64,000 nt of DNA from Monocercomonoides exilis PA203 (taxonomy: Eukaryota; Protista; Preaxostyla). The notes beneath the pieces are model-generated. The model made no database searches. It saw nothing but the letters and a program-made list of their open reading frames with translations, and was not told the DNA's origin. Position numbers and translations under genes: made by a program. Of the stretch, positions 13,101-20,962 are shown one piece after another (position 1 is the first letter of the stretch; every line of letters starts with the position of its first letter). The stretch lies in the NCBI GenBank assembly GCA_001643675.2, contig LSRY02000016.1, positions 1,488,001 through 1,552,000 of the forward strand, in the 5' to 3' direction.

Positions 13101-13668
13101 AGAAATTATTGAGAATAAATTCGATAAAGAAGAAGTTGTAGAGGTTGTGCCAGTGAATTATGTTGAAATACATACAGTTGCCTCGCTTCTGAGTAGTGAA
13201 AAGGATGAAAACATGGAGAGCGGTTCTTTTACAGGTGGAAAGGGTGATGGAAATTTACCAAAAAGAGATAGAAAAGTGAAAAGGGGGAAGAGAAGGAAGG
13301 GGAAGAAACGGAAGCAAGTGGAAGAGATTGATGAAATTGGGGATGAGAGGGGTGGTTCGGAGATTGGATTGGATGAGTTGGGTGGAGAAGCTTCTGATGA
13401 TGGAAGAAATGGAAATCCAACAGAATATTATATTGGGATATGTTCAGCACCAAATATCCATTTTTCGATGATTGGAGACGATTCAGAAGATCAGGGGATG
13501 AAGAGAACAATGGAAGAAGAAAGAAAAGTGGTGAAAGAAGTAAGAGAAGAAGGAGAAGAGATTAAACTCAAGAAAAGGAAGAAAAAGCAAAAGAAAAATC
13601 AGAAAAGGGAAGATAAATCGGAAATTGTTAAGGATGTTGCTGAAATGGGGTTGCTTGATGCGGGATAG
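7126..13668 (+). CDS. Giant type-I membrane surface protein (2180 aa): signal peptide, Cys/GG-rich pectin-lyase/beta-helix-like ectodomain, single TM, charged cytoplasmic tail
   Basis: Intronless ORF. Hydrophobic N-terminus (MRSTVIFLAVLAHIFIC); repeated GGA(I/V)/GGG(I/V) and FxxC motifs; CG..xxPC modules; TM WSLFAFIGSIVVIVILLFVIVVVVVL at ~12811-12888 followed by RKK. Confidence 0.85.
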   Translation: MRSTVIFLAVLAHIFICNSQSTEHFIEQQSEEECENEKIFIHPQVHRCLKNSSEHKIHYKYLLQHVNTFQPSISIGSTEIEGKYEKHNLQHDLKENKRYYRTFEPEISRDYRMHLFKEMLKVHIKSKIEGCVCALNSSVELKEIGLVGGECGSVVRGRKGSVVVVKGCFVEMGKDNEAGAFNLCGSIGILTNITLKGWGRGGEIYSGRLFGGKGYGGEKGGGEEKGGERESGRDRGREGDGDGEGVEGSISVSESHFSSFCVSSAPFLSSPSMPLISLSKLTFFNISTANDACSPSTTFFSQTNCIMSSCSFWSVCDVYDGGIVHSLNYPLASLTVLNTSFVGCCRTRNVEFIGTEDNLLRPGRQNETFNGVNSFIWCEWNGSNATGTTESWWDGVSTGGAICIYSQSSASVSIKHCSFNECNAYCDGGAVMIISIKSVHIENNLFNACTSQDYEGGGISVGSISTCIKISGCKFQKCKAGCWGGGLHFYDFNTSRSGCIGTESGEGESACMFECSFISCSVTRQYGGGMNCQSVPVQFKMRSIQFISCSAPSNGGGLNVDLRVTAVPSDVHYFYFLFFHECNCRSASTPYGHDVMYYDRYDLFNFSGNPFHECYTTNSNESRLCYAYLQSGSWKYQHTEKKGWLKEGMKDRYVGVGGSDSNNLCGMSESAPCKTLGHAVGSSMALLSSAITLLGGRHVSEGTTISVGEKKISVVGRGKTASVIGTNSLSTSSTTLFSVSSGQLEVGHLGIDHNAERSSSPSVFVVSVGSGALSLEDVVIFSSVNGEREISSSIIVMALFQLRMIDVEIKNLKMSQPLFAEPSSAGSTSGESVLGNVIVRNVNRTGGDGVVMAKSVMAGEIFVVWNTTIEGCFCESGNGGGIKIELASSTSKVLIGDSTSQSGGTTTFKRCKCSECGGGVFLSLTDTDALFELSGDLIFERNEAEHGKNMFISAADLNKSVTNASFNFDYSSMKDDKTLFVGSDDFHQEKDLFMFLIPFSSIEIFISSSGFDVERCGSGEEPCFTMWKGMENMKKEIGNKTIHIEESTIIQDSFNVSNYQIKKSVKMGEENVKAILNFEKAVGSQLEYFMGNDDHLELTNIQLQLTTGFDNSAKTIIFNKGGDLVIAECAFISEAGVNNGFDCVFVDVIGGSVEVNDLSIESCNVGNSIFAINNAGVSCQLKNVRVKLLNESGGCLLLIKGSELTTKINEVCEEMSLNINNSSFSGVKRSDNGPSILESKSEKRFCLVVNESNITEDKAETSEKGGAIFFALGASGSMKMVVSTISQCSCSGSTGKGGGVYLATKERGDLNFTFVGMKFSANTASVGNDIFIECFNITSQINETQFQFDLRENRYSRINAIYGIDECQHSINTDLIGFVTIHQSDTIIVSSVNGLNERQCGTNTLPCFSIDHGLIHLTSDFMSIMIVVEKSVIRKEMNLEEMSLSSKSRDLCEVEVKSNIGKTKDYLISTTGTVSLERVNFVFNSNFISSHESLISPEGGILEIINCSFDSKQSAGEGNIVLANIRFHIINMEKGELQLDRCTISNLILHKSALYLSSLLSSVIDSFTICNSTIKTSLININECGQLTIKDFNTENISVVGNEESLISCLSMKKTMQLANCTIGRVGSKTTKGKLMKVENSLDVKMDSCVFDGSSKERNEKNLNEVEEMCKWEGSLVDVLKSSIIMKDTTISNSPDGGITMNGGNVTIEMGLFESNNPSIERYPSMRRNIICTDSGTLNVMSLKGGDRWKDNTSLWMLNEGCNFEGIISERESSFFIPVLESVEAKEETDKIKLIFKGLLLVPCNLSFAVVKRKGEEKEIEKHNFETNGFLTEREVEGSVGKDLVSNCGEEVEVSVYILFGDKNSPSSTDSIILKNRSVKVKDDERIPEEDNKIEWSLFAFIGSIVVIVILLFVIVVVVVLMRKKQNRGGRRVEDGDIEESKNVGRGEWRKEDITQRVEEEDKLQVLLDEETGNEIGILSEKCKELHPYENKEIIENKFDKEEVVEVVPVNYVEIHTVASLLSSEKDENMESGSFTGGKGDGNLPKRDRKVKRGKRRKGKKRKQVEEIDEIGDERGGSEIGLDELGGEASDDGRNGNPTEYYIGICSAPNIHFSMIGDDSEDQGMKRTMEEERKVVKEVREEGEEIKLKKRKKKQKKNQKREDKSEIVKDVAEMGLLDAG

Positions 13669-15505
13669 AAGGCTGTTGATCAGGACGGATAATATGGATG
13701 CGCTTGCTTCAGAAAACAAAGGAAGATGAGAGGGAGGGGAGAATGATCACCAGAAATCAGAAAGAACAATAATATGAAAGAACTTTCATCTGATAAAAGT
13801 GCTGATGGAATTGTTTTGCTCCTTGAAAATAAGTTTATTTGCAAAATGAAAGATCCTCCCAATTGAACATTTTTGCAGTATCTTCTCAAAAGAGAAGAGT
13901 CGGGATAGCTTTGCCTTAATATGAACCAGAGATTGTTTCCATTGTTGTTGTGCCTCAACCTTTCTCAAAATCCTTTATATTCATTTTTCAATTCAATTCA
14001 ATTCAATAATTTTTGTAAATGTTGTGTTTATGTATTTTTCCAACCAGAAGTTTTAGAATGAAGTATTTGACTTAATACGTTTGTTTTCAGTTGAAGTTTT
14101 GACTCAATTTTATGTTTTTGTTCAATTTTCTTCTTGACTTTGACTTTTTTGACGTTCTCAACTATTTCCTTTCTTTTTTCGATATTTCTGTCTCAGCATC
14201 ACAACTTATTTGCTTGCTTTTCTTCTTGGTTATGTCATTGGGCTGATGGCGCAATGATATATTTGAAATATTTTCATTCACATTTACCACATCACAAGTT
14301 ATTAACACCTTTTATAGTCAACAGACACTTCAATCAAACACATAAATCAATTTTTCAGTTCATTTTTTGAGGCAAAAGAATCGTGAAGCAGAGGATGTGT
14401 TGGACAAGATGGTTGACCCCTGATTGTTTGTATAATTTTCTTTGAAGAGAAAAAAAGGAGACGGTAATCTTTTGTCAAAATAAAATTTTATTTGTTGCGA
14501 TCTATCAAAAATAAACAAGTTTTAATTTGCACATTAATAAATCTTGTTTTCTTTTCTTTATTTTTTCATACAAAAAATAATTGGGAAAGCACTCTCTTTT
14601 CCGAACAATATTATACTGAAATATTTTGTTTAAAAACAACAGAAAATATGATTACAAGAAATTATCAATTGATATGTGCATTTAAAAATCGGAAACAAAA
14701 ACAGAAAATTTTATTGAAAAATTCAAAAGTTCCACTATAAATTCATTTCTTTTGTGCAAAAAATGTGGAAATATTGTTAATATGAGTATTTTTAACAAAA
14801 ATAATCGAATGCTTATTAATTAATTTTTCGCCCATGTCTCTTGTTCCTGATAAGATATTAGATGATGAAAATAATAACAAGCTTTTTCAAAATTTAGAAA
14901 AGAGTTGGGAGTGGTTCAATTATGTCATCAACTTTGATGAAACGAAAAAATGTCCATCTTGTAGAAGATATGTGAAATTAACAACAGTCGATGAAACAAA
15001 TCGATCATGGAGATGTTCAGCATGCAACAAATTCATTTCATATTTGAAGGATACATCTTTTCATTGAAGTCATCTTAAAATCCATTCGATTTTTAATATT
15101 TATTTGAATTTCTGGAGTCAAATTCGAATTGATCAATGCTCATATTTGACTGTTGTTTGAATAAACACTGTCAGTTATTGGTATTCTGTTTTAAGAGCAT
15201 CAATCGGAATTCGAATGTTGAGAGGAAGTTTAGTTCTTGGAGAAGAAGAATGTGTTGTGGAAATAGATGAGGCAATTCTGAGAAAAAGAAAGTGCAACAA
15301 AGGAAAAAAGAAGAAACGAATTTGACTTTTTGGTTCAGCGGAAAGAAAAGAAAACGATGAAATCGGAAAATGTTTGATTATCAGAGTGCCAACAAAAAAA
15401 AAAAAATAGGAGACTCTTATCCCCATAAATGAAGCCAATTTTCAAAAAGTTTCAACAATTTTCAGTGATGGGTGGGGAGAAAATAAGTGCTTGAATGAAT
15501 AAGGT

Positions 15506-18500
15506 AGACCTATGGGACACGACATACAATTTTTTGTTGCTGTCAGTTCCAAAAATAATTTTTTTTAATTTATTAATTAAATTAATTTGAAAAAACAAAA
15601 ACTTATTGTTTTTATATCGATTGAAATTATCCTATTTGATCCGTCTTATTTGTTTTATTGTATTATTTATTTCTCTCAGATACATAATGATCAAATTTAC
15701 CATAAAAACATCCATTACAGATGTTATCTGTTTTTTAATTGTATTTCATCAATTGAGACGTGTTTGTGGAGAGTGGTATGAGATAGGATTATCTTTTCGC
15801 TGAATCTTATATTCATTTTTTTAATTTCTTCTATCTGAAAATTTACCAATAAACTGTTAATGACTATTTCAGTTATTTTCTGGTTGATATATTTTTGTGA
15901 TAACAATGAACCAGAATTACGTAGATTTAGAAAGTGGTGTGAAACTGCTGTTGCGCTTGTTATCGTGAAAATAAGAATTAAATGTTTGGAAAATTTTTGT
16001 GCTGAATAGTTTTCTATATTAAACAATGAAGCAGCTGTGAACGCAGACGAATAAATGTTGACATTAATGAAGTGATGGATGACAAAATCATAAAGAAACT
16101 GATATCTGTTTTCAAAGAAGAATTGTTCAATGAAATAGGAAAAAGATTGAAGAAAAGAAAATGACGGAAAAATTACCATTTGGTTATTGAAGCTTCTTGG
16201 ATAACTACGCGATGAAGAATGTTTGATTTTGACACTTTGAAAGATATTCACTAAATAAAAGATTTGAAAAAGATGATTGTTGAAGAAGTTGAGAAGAAAG
16301 AAAAAAAGAATGAAAAGCTCTTGGTTGATCTTTGTGAATGTTATTTGCTGCTTTCAAATGGTCTTGTATCAGAAGATTATATTTCTATTCGCATGCCTTG
16401 TCTTCTGAAAGTTGCATTGGATACAGAAGAAAATGAGAAAACGCAAAATAATGTGGAAATTGCTTTGCTTGCATTGAGTAATATTATTTAATGGAATGTT
16501 TGTTAATTTATTTATTGATTGATTAATAAATTATATTTTCTAATTTTTTGCATAGAAAGTGAAAAGAGAACTTTATTTGAATGAACTTAAAGAAATAATC
16601 CAATATCGCCAAAAACATCGTAACCTAACTGGTCTTGCCTATCAGTCTGCTTGGGCGTTTTTGATCTACAGATTAGACACTGACAAAAGCTTGGAAAACG
16701 TGATTGTGAATGAACTGCATTTTTCGAGAGAGGTGACAAGAGAATTGGAAAAGCTGACAAAGAGTGTGAAATGGAAGAAAAATGAAGTGGAAACAAAGAA
16801 CTTCTTGTTTTGATGAAATGACTCCGAATATAAACTGTTTATTATCATCTTTCAAATTATTGAGCGAAGGAAATATTGGGCTAATCAAAAGCATTGCTCA
16901 AGTGCAAAGAGCAGGAAATGATTATTATGAAGTGATAAACAGAATACTCAATGATTAATGAAATATCGTTGGATGTTCTTGATAATTATATGATGCCGAA
17001 GAAAGGTCAACAACTTGTCTTTTATCACTTTAAAATTTGATAATTCGTTTTTATCATTTCACAGAATAAAAAACAATCATTAAAGTTTATCATATGATCC
17101 ATTTTTTATTTTTTCAAAAAAAAAAATGAAGTGAAACTTCAACACCTCTTCAAGGTTCAAAAAGAAAATCTGACAAACATAATTGTTCATCATCATATTT
17201 ATGCATTCAGAACTCAATATCTAAAGACATTGAATAATTATCTTCTTCAAAAAGAATTGTTTTGAAAATTTTGTATTCACTTTTTATTTTTTTGTATGAT
17301 ATTTTCATTTCATCACGCTGAATCTCCTTTGTTCTTTTCAAATGTTTTTCTTTCTTTCAGCATTTTTATTTGTTTTCATATGATCAATATGTTTTCTTAC
17401 TAGATCTTGCTGTTATGAAAGTGAGAAAGCAGACTTGAAACGAAGATGAACCAGAGCGGGGAAAGAAGAAGTGGTATTTGCGAAATGAACTTCAGAGGTT
17501 AAGAATTCAGAATATTTGAATATTAGAAAATATATTATTTTGCCAGCTGTTGCATAGAAATAAGTGTGTAGAGTTCTGAACTAACAAATAAAGCGGTTTA
17601 TAGCGTATACTTCGAAGGAGATAACTCATTCAAACAAAGGGAATCAAAGATATTTTTAAACGTAAATTTCTGAATACACAATTGATTCATTTCACATGAG
17701 TTAATTATTGCAATACATTCTGATTATGCTTTGCAGCAGTTTTGATCTCATCAAATATTTATCCCCGCATTCCCATTTTAGAAAAGGAAAAGCTTGCAAC
17801 TGCATTTTTTAAAAAAATCAATATTCATCTGTGATTTTGTCGATAATCCTGAACAAGTATTTAATAATTTCAACTCATTTTCAAAAAAAGGAGATACTAT
17901 TACTTCCTTTTGTTGTTATTTTCTACATATGGATCTCAATAAAAGATAAGAAAAGTTAATAGTGAAATGTTTAATGGTGAAAAAACGAATATGCCTCTAA
18001 CCAACATCTTGTTTAAAACAAAATCATACTACCACCTATTATCATTGTCACTTTTTATAAGTTAGTATTTGTTTCTTTCATAGAAAAATGAAGGTTCAAA
18101 AAATTAAAAAAGAAAAGTTTTGGCAATAACTGACAAAAAAAGTTAAATCAGAAACATTACAAATTCAAAATTTGTTATTTTTATGTTCTGTTCCCTTTTC
18201 AAACTCATTCATGTCATTGACAAAACAATAAGTCAGTGACAGAAGTGACTTCCAGTGGTATTTAAAACTCCAAGTTTCACTGATCTTGTCACAAAACCAT
18301 AATTGACTTGGTTCACATTTCATTATTTATTTTTATTTATATTCCTAAATTGTTTTTTTCTTTTTCAAAATAACTTTATTATTAATAATCATCTTTATTA
18401 AAAAAAATATTTTTTTACAAAAATGAAGAAAATAATCAGAATTCAAAAAAAGTTATTTTTGATCAAAAGAGAAAAATGAATATGTCGGTCACCTGTGTCA

Positions 18501-18536
18501 GCAACTGACAAAAATTTCCACTTGTCGCACAGGTCT
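15506..18536. mobile_element. Non-autonomous TIR DNA element with 10-bp TSD (Mutator/MULE-like) carrying a host-gene copy
   Basis: Left end AGACCTATGGGACACG vs reverse complement of right end AGACCTGTGCGACAAG (13/16). Flanking direct repeats TGAATAAGGT (15496-15505) and TGAATATGGT (18537-18546). TGACA/TGTCA motifs cluster in the right subterminal region. Precise removal restores the Merlin frame. Confidence 0.8.
16040..16930 (+). pseudogene. Decayed paralog of the 2696-4112 family inside the TIR element
   Basis: KNEKLLVDLCECYLLL...VEIALLALSNI and EIIQYRQKHRNLTGLAYQSAW align with the 2696-4112 protein. Phase-0 intron retained at 16498-16555; multiple stops and frameshifts. Confidence 0.8.
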
Positions 18537-19113
18537 TGAATATGGTTACAAACATCTGACAGTCTGTCACAAATACGAATTTAAAAATTCAGAAACAGGA
18601 GTATGCACAAATATGATTGAAGAATGCTGCTATCAATTTCGATGACCAAAAGCTCCATGCTGAATTGAAAAAAAAAAAGATAAATTATTTTTTAAATCTA
18701 ATTACTGTTTCAGCGAGAAAATGATATACTATTCCCAGAATTTGTGAGGAATGTTGCCACTTGCAAACCAACAGAAGCTGCATTTCCCGATGATTATTGA
18801 GATGGAGAAGGAGACGATGAAGCGAATGTTCCACAAATCATGCAAGATGCAGATGATATTCAATGCAAAGATAATAACTATTCAGGAGATGAAGCAAAAG
18901 CAAGTGTATTTTCTGAATCATGAAATTTAACTTTAATTTTTATTATATATTTTTTCATTAATGTTCACTTTCCAAAAAGAAATATTGGACAATAATTATG
19001 TTATTTTTTGATAATTTATGCTGTTCGACTATTTAAAGTGATATTTTTTTCTGGTTTATTTTTTCTATAAGATCCATATAAAATTTATAATGTTTCACAA
19101 AAAATAAATTTTT

Positions 19114-20607
19114 ATGTTTATTTTTGAAGTGCTATTTCTTTCATCAACTTTCCTAAGTTTATGCAGATGCCAAATTACAAACTTTCAAAATAATAAAACA
19201 AATTTGATAGGAGACGATGAATTGCTTGAAATCATTTCAAGGCAAACATTTGGATATTTTTATGATTATGCGCACCCCATTTCAAAGATGGCACGAGAAA
19301 GAGCAGCATCAACGTCAACAAATGATGAAAATACAGTGACGGTTGGTGGAACAGGATTTGGGATAATGGTAATTATTTCTGGTGTTTATCGTGGATGGAT
19401 AACTCGTGATAATGGCGTTCGTCATCTTCTCACAATGGTTAAATTTTTGGAAAAAGCCGAAAGATACCATGGAGCATATCCGCACTGGATGAATGGAGAA
19501 ACAGGAAAGACAATTCCATTTGATCCTGATGATGATGGAGGAGATTTAGTTGAGACATCTTTCTTATTTCAGGGACTTTTGACTGCATGCTCTTATTTTG
19601 GTGGAAATTCACCAGAAGAAAAAGATCTTAGAAAACGCATTTCTTCATTATGGAATGATGTTGAATGGGATTGGTATACAAAAGAAGGCAAAGAAAATGC
19701 ATTATTCTGGCATTGGAGCAAAAATGTTGGGTGGAAAAAGAACATGAAGATTCAAGGATGGAACGAAGGGCTAATGGCTTATCTATTGGCAGCCAGCTCA
19801 CAGACACACGGAATCAACGCAACTGTCTACCACGAAGGTTTTGCTCGAAATGGTCAGATGGTTAATGGGAACAAGTACTATGGAATTACACTTCCTCTTG
19901 GAGAGCCGTCAGGCGGGCCGCTATTTTTCACGCATTACTCGTTTCTTGGCCTGTGCCCAAGAGGATTAAAGGACAAATATGCAGACTATGAGGAGCAGAA
20001 CTTGGCGCACGCGAAGATCAATCGAGCTTATTGCTTGGAAAACCCGAAGAAGTTCAAAGGATACTCGGAAAAGTTGTGGGGACTGACTGCCTGTGACACT
20101 TATAACAAGGGCTATGGCGCGTGGAGTCCCACGAACGATCAGGGCACCATTGCTCCCACGGCAGCGCTTTCTTCTGTGGTGTATTTGAAGGACGAAGCAC
20201 TGAAAGTTGCCAGGGAATTGTATGAGAATCCGGAAAGGAAACAGAAAATGTGGAAAAAATACGGGTTTGTGGACTCTTTGAACGACGAGCATGAAGGCTG
20301 GGTGGCGACTGATCATCTGGCTATTGACCAGGGCCCTATTGTGGCGATGATTGAGAACTCAAGAAGCGAAATTCTGTGGAAGTATTTCATGAGAATAGAA
20401 GATATTCAAGGGGGACTGAAGTTGTTGGGCTTTACCAGCACTTATGATTATTCTCTTCCTTCTGATAAACCGAAGAACAATCCTTTTCCCGCATGGGCAA
20501 TAGTAGTGATTGCCATTGTAGCTTTTGTTGCAATTGTTATTGTTGTATCGGTGATTGTAATTCTTGTTAGAAAACGAAAAAGAAATCCTTACAAAGCAAT
20601 TAATTAA
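19114..20607 (+). CDS. GH144-type endo-beta-1,2-glucanase ('glycoamylase' family) with signal peptide and C-terminal TM anchor; probable bacterial LGT
   Basis: Motifs FGYFYDYAHP..MARER, GGTGFG, YHGAYPHW, DGGDLVETSFL, WHWS, GWNE, GGPLFFTHYSFLGL, WGLTA, GTIAPTAALSS and LAIDQGPIVAMIEN, typical of Bacteroidetes-type GH144. Intronless; TM AWAIVVIAIVAFVAIVIVVSVIVILV then RKRKRNPYKAIN. Confidence 0.85.
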   Translation: MFIFEVLFLSSTFLSLCRCQITNFQNNKTNLIGDDELLEIISRQTFGYFYDYAHPISKMARERAASTSTNDENTVTVGGTGFGIMVIISGVYRGWITRDNGVRHLLTMVKFLEKAERYHGAYPHWMNGETGKTIPFDPDDDGGDLVETSFLFQGLLTACSYFGGNSPEEKDLRKRISSLWNDVEWDWYTKEGKENALFWHWSKNVGWKKNMKIQGWNEGLMAYLLAASSQTHGINATVYHEGFARNGQMVNGNKYYGITLPLGEPSGGPLFFTHYSFLGLCPRGLKDKYADYEEQNLAHAKINRAYCLENPKKFKGYSEKLWGLTACDTYNKGYGAWSPTNDQGTIAPTAALSSVVYLKDEALKVARELYENPERKQKMWKKYGFVDSLNDEHEGWVATDHLAIDQGPIVAMIENSRSEILWKYFMRIEDIQGGLKLLGFTSTYDYSLPSDKPKNNPFPAWAIVVIAIVAFVAIVIVVSVIVILVRKRKRNPYKAIN

Positions 20608-20962
20608 TTGCAAAATAACTTATTTATTATTTATTTTAGAATAAGTGAATTCTTAATTTTCATATTTTATAACCTTTAGATTATTTTATTTTCGTTATCG
20701 ATGAAAAACCTATTTTATAATGAAGGAAAGGAGGAAAAGATCCTTCCCATTACTTTAATTTTTCCATTTTCATTTTGAATTTTCCTGTTTTAAGACTTAA
20801 TACATTTTGAATAGAGTTTCTCAAATAATTATCAAATAATAATAAATGTTTGCAATGCTTTTGTACATATGCTTATCATTTTATTTTGTATTACTTTTGA
20901 AATTTTAATTATTTATTATTTTGAATTTTTCTTTCTTTAATAAATTCTTTAAAGAAACACAA

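Larger units (their letters stand above)
14834..18923 (+). mobile_element. Merlin (IS1595/ISXO2-like) DDE transposase pseudogene, split by the insertion at 15506-18536
   Basis: One reading frame with in-frame stops: zinc ribbon CPSC...WRCSAC, VEIDE (~15263), RKCNKG, IFSDGW (~15460). After removing the insertion and one TSD copy it continues in frame as GYKHLTVCHKYEFKNSETGVCTNMIE (18547-18621), followed by an acidic tail. Confidence 0.85.

Noticed and set aside
13669-13960. Coding-like sequence after the stop of the 2180-aa gene as a lost kinase tail or stop readthrough
   Set aside because: Stops in the frames examined and no kinase motifs; it cannot be linked to the tail of the 41199 paralog.
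14460-19075. Terminal inverted repeats of the first Merlin element
   Set aside because: Only loose AT-rich similarity between ~14460-14590 and ~18960-19075; no defensible TIR or TSD.
19114-20607. Bacterial contamination as the source of the GH144 gene
   Set aside because: It has a eukaryote-style TM anchor with a YxxPhi tail and AT-rich flanks continuous with an intron-containing gene and host TEs; no operon context.
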